Source: Arsenicibacter rosenii
Lineage (GTDB): Bacteria; Bacteroidota; Bacteroidia; Cytophagales; Spirosomataceae
NCBI RefSeq assembly: GCF_001870735.1
Contig: NZ_MORL01000005.1
Location: 81,736-145,735 of the forward strand
Reading direction: 5' to 3'
DNA: 64,000 nucleotides
Shown here in pieces: positions 9,435 through 17,735 of the stretch (within the stretch, counting starts at the first letter, position 1; every line of letters begins with the position of its first letter). Both the position numbers and the translations under genes were made by a program. The notes under the pieces were generated by a model, which made no database searches, had not been told where the DNA came from, and saw nothing but the letters and a program-made list of their open reading frames with translations.

Positions 9435-11177
9435 TCAATCGACCGACACAAATTTGTTGGTGTACTGAACAGATCCTTTTCCGTTGTCCATCCGGAACAG
9501 CCCGATGCGGTAACGGCCCGGCTCAATCAAGGCTTTCGGCATGGCTGCCGACCAGCCTGGTAAAGCCCTGAACGGGTGTCGGCCTTTGGGTTTATTGGGT
9601 TCGGCAAACATAACATAGGCGTGCTGATCAGAACGGAATATCAGGTACGTCCCCGTATGCCGGTCAACGGTATAGCCCGCCTCATCACTACTCATGACCA
9701 CATAATCCGGCTTATATTCGATTGTATACGGCGTTGCCTTGATGGTATCGCGCACCATGCCATTGATTTTCTTTTCATCGGCGGTAATGGCCGGTTCGGG
9801 TAAGGTATACCATTTCCGCTGCGTCATGACATCCGTCAGTTCGATAATCCATTTGGCCAGTGCCGAATTACGGGTACCACCCAGACCAATCCGGTTATGC
9901 TGCTGGTTATACGTCAGCCCCTGCATGTGTAACCGGCGCTGCACGGCTTCCGGAATGTATGTTTTGTAGGTAAAGCCACTCACAAAGACAAAAACCGCAA
10001 ACAGCCCTACCAGCAAATACCGGTTGATGAGTGCCTGCCGCTGCATACTGATACGGGTTGAGGTGGCCACAGTATGCAGCAACGCAACATAGGCAACTGC
10101 CCACAACACCAGCGAATAAGTCCGGTAAGAGCTATGCAGCACCATGCCGAAATAGAACCGTATCCGGAAGAAAGCAATCAGCCCCATATTGGCCAGCAGA
10201 AACAAAACGCAGCCCAGCAGGAATACATCTGAAAATGACGTGTTGCGGTCTTTACGGAAAACCACCCGGACAGTCCAGAAAACCAGGAAGGCAATCACCA
10301 GCAACCCCGCCAGAAAAGGCAGGTGTACCCGTTTTTCGATAGGCCAGGCCGGAAAGAAATCAAAAATACTACCCGCAAAAATCAGGAAACCGGCGATGGT
10401 CTGGAACGGGTGTTTCAGTACATACGCAAAGCCTTCGGCATTGCCCTGCTGTACCGGATACCCCAGAAAATACAGGTAAATACTGGCGGCACCAATCACG
10501 AGCCAGATGACCAGCTGAACCCAGCGGCGCTGAATGAACAGCATAGCGGCCCCTGCCGGCCAAAGCAGAATACCGTTTCCCATGCTAAACGTAGCCAGAA
10601 AACCCATCACAAGGGCCAGTACAAAATAGACCGGCCGCTCTTTCGGACGGGTCAGCGATATCGACAGCCGTGTCCCGTCCTGCGCCAGCAGAAAGAACGT
10701 CACCAGAACCAGCATTATAATGGCCAGATATTGCAGGGTATAAATGGCGGTAAAGGTCAGCAGGTAATTCTGGGCAGAGAAAAGCATGAGCGGGACAGGC
10801 AGCAGATAAGCCACCGGCAACCCAAGCCGCCGGATGGTACTGTAAAGCAGGATCAGAATTACCACCAGCCCCAGATTGCCCCAGAGCATCAGACCGCTAT
10901 AGCTGATGCCGCCTGTGAGCAGATATTGCCCGAACACTACCAGCCGGGCATACACAACGCGGTGTTCATTGTTTGGCCGGATCAACGCAGCGATCCGCTC
11001 CTGAAAGGAGTCTGCATCCAGAAACTGTTGTAAAAAGAAAGGGATGTTTTCGTATTCGTCGAACCAGGGGATATCGAAACGCAGGGTAAAGAAATAGGCA
11101 AAAAATCCGGCGACCGGCAACAGGATCAGCAACCAGGTTATCGATGGATAGGTAAGCGTCCGGTAAATACGATTCAT
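9435..11177 (-). CDS. polytopic membrane protein, putative GT-C fold glycosyltransferase (ArnT/PMT-like)
   Basis: About 13-14 TM helices over about 400 aa, then a soluble C-terminal domain of about 170 aa. An acidic motif (DIPWFDEYEN) follows TM1 directly, as in GT-C enzymes. Confidence 0.5.
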   Translation of the reverse strand: MNRIYRTLTYPSITWLLILLPVAGFFAYFFTLRFDIPWFDEYENIPFFLQQFLDADSFQERIAALIRPNNEHRVVYARLVVFGQYLLTGGISYSGLMLWGNLGLVVILILLYSTIRRLGLPVAYLLPVPLMLFSAQNYLLTFTAIYTLQYLAIIMLVLVTFFLLAQDGTRLSISLTRPKERPVYFVLALVMGFLATFSMGNGILLWPAGAAMLFIQRRWVQLVIWLVIGAASIYLYFLGYPVQQGNAEGFAYVLKHPFQTIAGFLIFAGSIFDFFPAWPIEKRVHLPFLAGLLVIAFLVFWTVRVVFRKDRNTSFSDVFLLGCVLFLLANMGLIAFFRIRFYFGMVLHSSYRTYSLVLWAVAYVALLHTVATSTRISMQRQALINRYLLVGLFAVFVFVSGFTYKTYIPEAVQRRLHMQGLTYNQQHNRIGLGGTRNSALAKWIIELTDVMTQRKWYTLPEPAITADEKKINGMVRDTIKATPYTIEYKPDYVVMSSDEAGYTVDRHTGTYLIFRSDQHAYVMFAEPNKPKGRHPFRALPGWSAAMPKALIEPGRYRIGLFRMDNGKGSVQYTNKFVSVD

Positions 11178-11192
11178 GGTTAAGTAATTACG

Positions 11193-11969
11193 TTAAGTTC
11201 GGTATTTCTGATGGATACGGTACATCTCGTACCACAACCGGAAAAAATAACTCATTTTCACCCGTGAGTCATGTTGTTCGATCCACTGCCGCAGGGGCAT
11301 TTCGGCCACGTGACCACGCAACAGGTGCTGACGCCCGTGCATCTGAATCAGGCGGGCCAGTAATTCAACATCAAAGAGCCACGGGCTTAAAAAGGCCTCC
11401 TGAAAAAGAGCTGTCACTACCCGCCGGCGAAACAGTTTCGCTCCGCACTGGCTGTCGTAAACCGGAAGCCGGAGAATATTGCTGATAAACGTTGCAATGA
11501 CACGGCCGGTGTAATGCCGGAAAGTATCACGCTGAATATCGGTCCCTAAAAACTTGATCCGGGACCCCATAACCAGGTCAAGGCCAGGCTGAGCGGCCAG
11601 AACCGCCTCCAGATCCTGTATCGCATCGAGGGGAGTAGCCAGGTCGGCATCCAGATAACCCAGACAATCGTATAATTCCGGTGCCTTGTGTAACATGCCC
11701 GCCCGGACCGCACCGGCTTTCCCCTGATTCTGCGGCAGAATAAGCGCCGTTACCTGCGTCGGCATAGCTGCTTCCAGTTGCTGCAATACGGCTTTGGTAT
11801 TGTCCTGGCTTCCATCATCCACAAAGCAGATGTGTATGCCCGGATTATCGCGCAGATATTCCTGAAAGGCAGTTACTGGCAGCCGTTCGGCCTCGTTGTA
11901 GCAGGGAACAATGATACACGTTTTCACTCTAAGATCAGTTTCTGATGTCCGTAATAACCTGCCTGGCAA
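11193..11969 (-). CDS. family 2 glycosyltransferase, polyprenyl-phosphate sugar synthase-like (DPM1/ArnC/GtrB-like)
   Basis: IVPCYNEAERL, FVDDGSQDNT and a DAD motif, the hallmarks of GT-A fold GT2. Length is 258 aa. Confidence 0.85.
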   Translation of the reverse strand: MPGRLLRTSETDLRVKTCIIVPCYNEAERLPVTAFQEYLRDNPGIHICFVDDGSQDNTKAVLQQLEAAMPTQVTALILPQNQGKAGAVRAGMLHKAPELYDCLGYLDADLATPLDAIQDLEAVLAAQPGLDLVMGSRIKFLGTDIQRDTFRHYTGRVIATFISNILRLPVYDSQCGAKLFRRRVVTALFQEAFLSPWLFDVELLARLIQMHGRQHLLRGHVAEMPLRQWIEQHDSRVKMSYFFRLWYEMYRIHQKYRT

Positions 11970-13327
11970 CGATTCCAGAGATACTCAGGGTCTTCTTTGA
12001 TGTCATCCACAAATAAGCTCGGCGGCTGCACGCTGAGTGGTTTCAGTTTAACTTCCTTGCCCGGCTGCAGCAACCGTTCGTGGCGCTCGTTCATTTCGCG
12101 GTTGAAGGCAGAGGCATGCCCGCGCAGCAGGTCATTATACATCAGTTTCAGCGGCTGGCTGAACCAGATAGCCACCCCGACCCAGATTACCATCAGTACC
12201 GGTACGCCGACCGGTACGGTAAACCGCTCAACCTGCCAGCTCTGCCGGTTGGCAAAGTAAATCCAGGTTGTCAGCACATAGAACCAGCCATAAAGAGCGA
12301 AATAATAAAACACATTCATGGTCCGGAAAGCGGGTGGCAGGCCAATGCCGTAGTACGACGGAAAAATAAGCGCACCCAGCAGACCGACATACACCAGCGT
12401 AACAACACCGGCCGGTACCTGAAACAAGTAGCGTACCGGACTACCCGGCCGCAGCAGCCGCAATGCCAGCGGTACATACAAAATCGAGAGCGGTATAACC
12501 GGCGTTTTGACCAGCCACATCCCAAACGACATTCCCAGCCAGCCTAACGAGGACACCAGGGAATTAATAAACTCACCGCCGTGGGGATTTCCTCCCATCC
12601 GGACGGCATTACCCTCCGCCCGGAACAGCAACCAGCTCGAGATAAAGGATACGATAATCAGTATGCCAGGAAACCAGTCCAGCTTTTGCTGAAACAGTAA
12701 CCGATAACCAACAATGGCCAGTAAGAACAGCACCAGTACAATCAGGTTGGTTTCGCTGGACCCCACAATGGCGAATACCAGAAACCCGGCCCAGACAACG
12801 GTTAATGACTTAATGAGCCCGTCGCGCAGCCGGTACCAGCGGATAATAACAGCAATGAGGTAAAACGTCAGAGCGGTCGGTACGGTGTAGGAAGCCACCG
12901 CCGCTGTCCAGAAAAAAGCCTCTACACTGCTTTGTAAAGAGACAATGCTGATAAAAAACAGGATGGCAGTCGACAGAATAAGCGTTTGTTTTGACTGCCC
13001 GCGCAGGAGTTCGCTCAACAATGAATAGACGGATGCCAGTAAGCCGGTTACCGCCAGCAACGGAATGAGCCGGAATCCATCGTACCAGCCCCATACCAGT
13101 GGCGTGCCATGTACGAGAAAGTTGGAGAAATAACGGCCCGTCCATCCGTCATAGTAAAAAATCTGTGCCTGCCAGAATCCATGTTTGATTGCGGTGTCGG
13201 CAAAGCAATAATCATCGGCAGCAGACGGATGGTTATAGAACGATAGTACCAGCAGCGGAAGGTACGCAAACAGAAACAGGAACACTGCGCCAAGTTGCAT
13301 CAGCAGGCGCACAATCGGATGCTTCAT
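11924..13327 (-). CDS. polytopic membrane protein, putative GT-C fold glycosyltransferase
   Basis: 467 aa with more than 11 TM helices. An acidic DD motif (HPSAADDYCFAD) sits in the first extracytoplasmic loop. Overlaps the GT2 gene. Confidence 0.45.
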   Translation of the reverse strand: MKHPIVRLLMQLGAVFLFLFAYLPLLVLSFYNHPSAADDYCFADTAIKHGFWQAQIFYYDGWTGRYFSNFLVHGTPLVWGWYDGFRLIPLLAVTGLLASVYSLLSELLRGQSKQTLILSTAILFFISIVSLQSSVEAFFWTAAVASYTVPTALTFYLIAVIIRWYRLRDGLIKSLTVVWAGFLVFAIVGSSETNLIVLVLFLLAIVGYRLLFQQKLDWFPGILIIVSFISSWLLFRAEGNAVRMGGNPHGGEFINSLVSSLGWLGMSFGMWLVKTPVIPLSILYVPLALRLLRPGSPVRYLFQVPAGVVTLVYVGLLGALIFPSYYGIGLPPAFRTMNVFYYFALYGWFYVLTTWIYFANRQSWQVERFTVPVGVPVLMVIWVGVAIWFSQPLKLMYNDLLRGHASAFNREMNERHERLLQPGKEVKLKPLSVQPPSLFVDDIKEDPEYLWNRCQAGYYGHQKLILE

Positions 13328-13358
13328 ATCTAGTCATGGAAAAGCCCGCAGCAACAGA

Positions 13359-14297
13359 TCAGTCGGTATGCGCGGCGGTCGGCTTTCCACTTTTCATTAT
13401 AATTGGATAGGCTAAAACGGCGGCTAAGATAACGAGTGTACCGATGTAAAACCCCGGTGTCATCCGTTCTTTATCTTTGAAAATCAGGACAGCCAATAAA
13501 ATCCCATAAACCGGCTCCAAATTTACGGTCAAATTCACAGCAAAAGGCGAAAATTTACGCAACAGGCTCATGGAGGCCGTATAAGCGTATACCGTACAAA
13601 CCCCTGCCAGCACCGTCAGCCATAGCCATTGGCTGGCAAATATCGGCACAAACTGCTGATTTACAGAACCATTATTAACGCTACCCGTATCCTGGATAAC
13701 CGTTACGTAAAACACCAGCAGAAAAAGGCCGGAGGTCAGGAAAGCGCCCGTCATTTCGTAGAACGACATAGTCAGTGCCGGAATACGCTGCGCAAACCGG
13801 CTGTTGATGATCGTAAACAACGCGGCCAGCATCGCTGAAAAAATAGCGACCGACAACCCGAGAACCTTGTCAAAGGCAAACCGGAAAATCAGATAAAGGC
13901 CGATCATCACCACAATACCCAGAATCACCTCGACCGGGCGGACGCGCCGCCGCAGCAGGAGCGGTTCCAGCAGACTGGTCCAGATTGACCCCGTTGCCAT
14001 GCCGGCCAGACATACCGACGCGTTGGCCAGCCGCGCCGCCCCGAAAAAGGCCAGCCAGTGCAGCCCGATAATGGCTCCCGTAGCCAGCAGCCGCCAGCGG
14101 TCAGACGCTGCCACCGCAAAGCCTCCGTTTTTACGGAAAAACAAAACCAGCCCCAGGCCGATGGAAGCCAGCAACGTACGGTAAGCAACGACAGCCGGTG
14201 CATTCAGCGGATCCAGCAACAGGCCCAGAATAGCTGTAAATCCCCAGATAACAACCAGAAAATGCAGATGCAGGTAATCGAGTAGTTTTGGTTTCAC
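13359..14297 (-). CDS. EamA/DMT-superfamily transporter (10 TM)
   Basis: Two EamA-like halves, each with 5 TM helices. Confidence 0.8.
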   Translation of the reverse strand: MKPKLLDYLHLHFLVVIWGFTAILGLLLDPLNAPAVVAYRTLLASIGLGLVLFFRKNGGFAVAASDRWRLLATGAIIGLHWLAFFGAARLANASVCLAGMATGSIWTSLLEPLLLRRRVRPVEVILGIVVMIGLYLIFRFAFDKVLGLSVAIFSAMLAALFTIINSRFAQRIPALTMSFYEMTGAFLTSGLFLLVFYVTVIQDTGSVNNGSVNQQFVPIFASQWLWLTVLAGVCTVYAYTASMSLLRKFSPFAVNLTVNLEPVYGILLAVLIFKDKERMTPGFYIGTLVILAAVLAYPIIMKSGKPTAAHTD

Positions 14298-14378
14298 AGC
14301 TTTACGGGTTACGGGGTTAAGGGGTGATACAGAGTAGCTGACCCGTTCGGGCGCAACCAGCCACTCCGCACAAAGGAG

Positions 14379-15455
14379 TTACCTTGGAATTGTTTTGTAC
14401 AAAACTACACCAATGAAGGTAAATACAATATTAGGCAGCCAGACCGCCAGCAAGGGGTCCATATTCCCCGATTGGGCCACGCCCTTGGCCAGCATGAAAA
14501 ACAGCAGATAAACGAAGGCCAGAAAGAACCCAAGGGCTACCTGCCAGCCGACCCCGCGCCGGCTTTTCCGGGCTGACACAATTACGCCGATAACGGTCAG
14601 GATCACAATGGCCAGTGGCCGGGTATCACGGGCGTATTTTTCGAGCAGATAAATTTCGAGTCCGTCGGCACCACGGCTCCGGAGCAAATCAATATAACTG
14701 TTGAGCTCCGGCAAGGTAAAGGTTTCGAACAGGTTGAAGTCGTTCTCAAAATCAGACGGTTTCAGATTCAGCGTTGTGTCGGCGCGGGTACCCGGTTGCA
14801 GTGTTTCCCTGATACCATCGATTGTCCGGATCTGATAGTCATACATTGCCCATTTCCGGCGGGTGGTGTCCCACTCAATACGGTCGGCGGTCAGTTTCTG
14901 TTTCAGTTGATTGCCTTCAATCCGTTCCAGCGTAAATTTATAGCCGGTACGGTTGTAGTTGTTGTAGCTTTCCAGATACGCATATACATCCGGGGCGATC
15001 TTGATGTGCACGTTCCGGCCCGAGAAGTTATACGGGTCTTTGGTATACTGTAATTCAAAGGCAATCCGTACCTTGTTAGCCTTCGGAATGAGGTAGTTAA
15101 CCATGAAATAGGTCACAACACTCAGCACCAGCGCCCCGATCAGGTAAGGTACCAGCAGCCGCACAAAGCTGACCCCGCTACTCAGAATAGCAATGATCTC
15201 CGTACGGGCAGCCAGCCGTGAGGTCAGAAAAACCGTGGCAATAAAGACCATAAGCGGACTGATGTAGTTCGCCCAATAGGGTATAAAATTCAGGTAGTAG
15301 TCAAAAACAATCTTGCTGAACGGGGCATTATGCTGCCGGAAATCTTCGATTTTTTCGGTGTAGTCGATCATGACAACAACCAGCACAATCACAAACACCA
15401 CAAAGACATACGTTTGTAAAAAACGCTTGAGTATATACCAGTCTAATAATTTCAT
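14379..15455 (-). CDS. LptF/LptG (YjgP/YjgQ) family LPS export permease
   Basis: N-terminal MKLLDWYILKRFLQTY..., a fold of 6 TM helices with a large periplasmic domain, and length 358 aa. Confidence 0.8.
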   Translation of the reverse strand: MKLLDWYILKRFLQTYVFVVFVIVLVVVMIDYTEKIEDFRQHNAPFSKIVFDYYLNFIPYWANYISPLMVFIATVFLTSRLAARTEIIAILSSGVSFVRLLVPYLIGALVLSVVTYFMVNYLIPKANKVRIAFELQYTKDPYNFSGRNVHIKIAPDVYAYLESYNNYNRTGYKFTLERIEGNQLKQKLTADRIEWDTTRRKWAMYDYQIRTIDGIRETLQPGTRADTTLNLKPSDFENDFNLFETFTLPELNSYIDLLRSRGADGLEIYLLEKYARDTRPLAIVILTVIGVIVSARKSRRGVGWQVALGFFLAFVYLLFFMLAKGVAQSGNMDPLLAVWLPNIVFTFIGVVLYKTIPR

Positions 15456-15470
15456 GAATTGTGTATCAGC

Positions 15471-16124
15471 CTAATTGACTAAGAGGTTTCTCGTTACTTC
15501 GCAACTGACAAATAACGATTTTTCGCTGGATAAGTGCACCTGAACCGACTTGTCGAACGAACTTATTTCAGAAACTTTAACAGCACAGCCCAATGTCAGG
15601 CCGCTCCGGTCGAGGTGTTGCAGAAATTCAGGCGAGTGTTCGAGGACGCCCATGATGGTTACCTCCTCGCCTACGCTGACATCCGACAGCTTACGGTATT
15701 CGATTTGAGGCATCGTTCCGGCGGGGGTTGGGATAGGGTCACCGTGCGGGTCAAATTGCGGGCTCCCCAGAAAGGTATCCAGGCGCGAAACCAGCTCCTC
15801 CGACCGGATGTGTTCCAGTTCTTCGGCAATATCGTGTACCTGATCCCAGCCAAAGCCCAGTTTCTGCACCAGAAACACTTCCCACAGCCGATGACGACGG
15901 ATTACCCGCAAGGCCTGCCGCTCGCCTTCTGCCGTCAGCCGTACGCCCTGGTACTTTTTATAATGAATCAGCTGCTTATCCGCCAGTTTGCGGAGCATAT
16001 CCGACACCGAAGCTGCTTTGGTTGCCGTCATCTCTGCCAGGGCGTTGGTCGTAACCTCGCCGTTCTGCCGCGTCGACAGGGCATAGATGATTTTTAAATA
16101 ATTTTCTTCGGTGAACGAATGCAT
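15471..16124 (-). CDS. metal-dependent transcriptional regulator, DtxR/MntR family with C-terminal FeoA domain
   Basis: N-terminal HTH_DtxR, a dimerisation region, and a C-terminal FeoA-like SH3 (VTIMGVLEHSPEFLQHL). Confidence 0.85.
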   Translation of the reverse strand: MHSFTEENYLKIIYALSTRQNGEVTTNALAEMTATKAASVSDMLRKLADKQLIHYKKYQGVRLTAEGERQALRVIRRHRLWEVFLVQKLGFGWDQVHDIAEELEHIRSEELVSRLDTFLGSPQFDPHGDPIPTPAGTMPQIEYRKLSDVSVGEEVTIMGVLEHSPEFLQHLDRSGLTLGCAVKVSEISSFDKSVQVHLSSEKSLFVSCEVTRNLLVN

Positions 16125-16196
16125 TGGTTGTTACTTGCTTAGGAACGTTTTGAAACAATTCGCTGACAAAGTTAGTTTTTAAGAAAATCATACAAA

Positions 16197-16218
16197 AAAT
16201 TTAGGCGCGTCTAAATTT
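16197..16218. promoter_or_regulatory. AT-rich perfect inverted repeat in the mntR / mntH divergent region (candidate MntR operator)
   Basis: AAATTTAG-gcgcgt-CTAAATTT, an 8-bp perfect arm pair, about 60 bp upstream of the mntH start. Confidence 0.45.
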
Positions 16219-16276
16219 AATATTCTATATTTCGGACAATTATTCGTAAGCACTCTAAAAGTTAGTATTTACCTCT

Positions 16277-17590
16277 ATGAAACCTTGGCGGCAAGATAAT
16301 GCCATGCATTCGTTGCCAGATGTGCACAGTACGATTCGGGTTCCCCGGAATGCAGGGTTTCTCAAGACACTGATGGCTTATCTCGGACCCGGGCTGATGA
16401 TTGCCGTTGGGTATATGGACCCCGGGAACTGGGCCACCGACATTGCCGGCGGCGCCCGGTACGGCTATAAGCTGCTGTCAGTTATTCTGATTTCCAACCT
16501 GTTTGCCATTCTGCTTCAGCATCTGGCCCTTAAACTCGGTATTGCTACCGGTCGGGATCTCGCGCAGGCCTGCCGCGACAGTTTCAGCAAACCGGTATCC
16601 ATCATCCTCTGGCTGCTGGCCGAAATCGCCATTGCCGCTACCGACCTGGCCGAGGTGATTGGTTCTGCCATTGCCCTAAACCTGCTTTTCGGCTTACCAC
16701 TTTCTATCGGTGTCAGCATTACCGTACTGGATGTGCTGTTGATGCTCTACCTGCAACACAAAGGCTTCCGGGTGATTGAAAGCATCGTTGCCGGTCTTAT
16801 TTTCCTGATTTTCTTTTGCTTTGCATACGAAATTTACGTCTCAAAGCCCGACCTACAACAAATTGCCGGTGGTCTGCTGCCTCGCCCTGAAGTCGTAACA
16901 ACCCCGGGTATGCTTTACATCGCAATCGGCATTCTGGGTGCCACCGTAATGCCCCACAACCTGTATCTGCATTCGAGTATCGTACAGACCCGTGATTACG
17001 ACCGGACGGTTGACGGACGGCGGAAAGCCATCAAATTCGCGACTATCGACTCAACGGTCTCGCTGCTCCTGGCGTTTTTTATCAACGCGGCGATTCTGAT
17101 CCTGTCGGCGGCGGCCTTTCATACCAGCGGTAACCAGCACATTGCCGATATTACCGACGCCTACCACTTGCTTGACCCGCTGCTGGGGGTTAAGCTGGCC
17201 AGTATTATGTTTGCGGTAGCCTTGCTGGCATCGGGTCAGAATTCGACACTGACGGGTACGCTGGCGGGTCAGATTGTGATGGAAGGTTTCCTGAATCTGC
17301 GGCTGAAACCGTGGCTGCGGCGGCTGATTACGCGCTTGCTTGCTGTGGTTCCGGCCCTTGTTATTACCCTGCTTTACGGCGAAAAAGGGACGGCCGAACT
17401 GCTGGTATTCAGCCAGGTTATCCTGTCGCTGCAACTGAGTTTTGCGGTAGTTCCTCTCGTTCAGTTTACGGGTAACCACCTGAAAATGGGCGAGTTCGTC
17501 AATCCGAAATGGATGACCGTAATCGCGTGGGTTGTCGCCGTTGTGATTATCGTTCTGAACGGGTATTTGCTCTGGCAAACCCTTTTTTAA
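16277..17590 (+). CDS. mntH: Nramp-family divalent metal (Mn2+/Fe2+) transporter
   Basis: GPGLMIAVGYMDPGNWATDIAGGA is the Nramp consensus. Length is 437 aa. Confidence 0.9.
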   Translation: MKPWRQDNAMHSLPDVHSTIRVPRNAGFLKTLMAYLGPGLMIAVGYMDPGNWATDIAGGARYGYKLLSVILISNLFAILLQHLALKLGIATGRDLAQACRDSFSKPVSIILWLLAEIAIAATDLAEVIGSAIALNLLFGLPLSIGVSITVLDVLLMLYLQHKGFRVIESIVAGLIFLIFFCFAYEIYVSKPDLQQIAGGLLPRPEVVTTPGMLYIAIGILGATVMPHNLYLHSSIVQTRDYDRTVDGRRKAIKFATIDSTVSLLLAFFINAAILILSAAAFHTSGNQHIADITDAYHLLDPLLGVKLASIMFAVALLASGQNSTLTGTLAGQIVMEGFLNLRLKPWLRRLITRLLAVVPALVITLLYGEKGTAELLVFSQVILSLQLSFAVVPLVQFTGNHLKMGEFVNPKWMTVIAWVVAVVIIVLNGYLLWQTLF

Positions 17591-17735
17591 GCCAAACAAC
17601 ACATTGACATACAGAAAATAGACCCCCTGTACATACTCTTTCGCCCTTTCCCGTTCTAATAATCTAAACAAACTCTATATTTGCCCCGTTTTTCAGTAGC
17701 CCTAACCAATTCAGGGACCGGCTCTATCCGCTAAT

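Noticed and set aside
10323-11033. 236-aa + strand ORF opposite the GT-C-like gene
   Set aside because: Low-complexity composition rich in Q, H, R and P, lying entirely antisense to a well-supported membrane-protein ORF. It is a typical shadow ORF of a GC-rich coding strand.
17051-17671. 206-aa minus-strand ORF overlapping the 3' end of mntH
   Set aside because: Highly Q/R/N-rich and antisense to mntH. Spurious.
17591-17735. c-di-AMP (ydaO-type) riboswitch upstream of kup
   Set aside because: The leader is only about 145 nt and shows none of the paired ACGGGGA/CCCG-type conserved segments. More likely just a promoter (a TATATTTG -7-like element is present).
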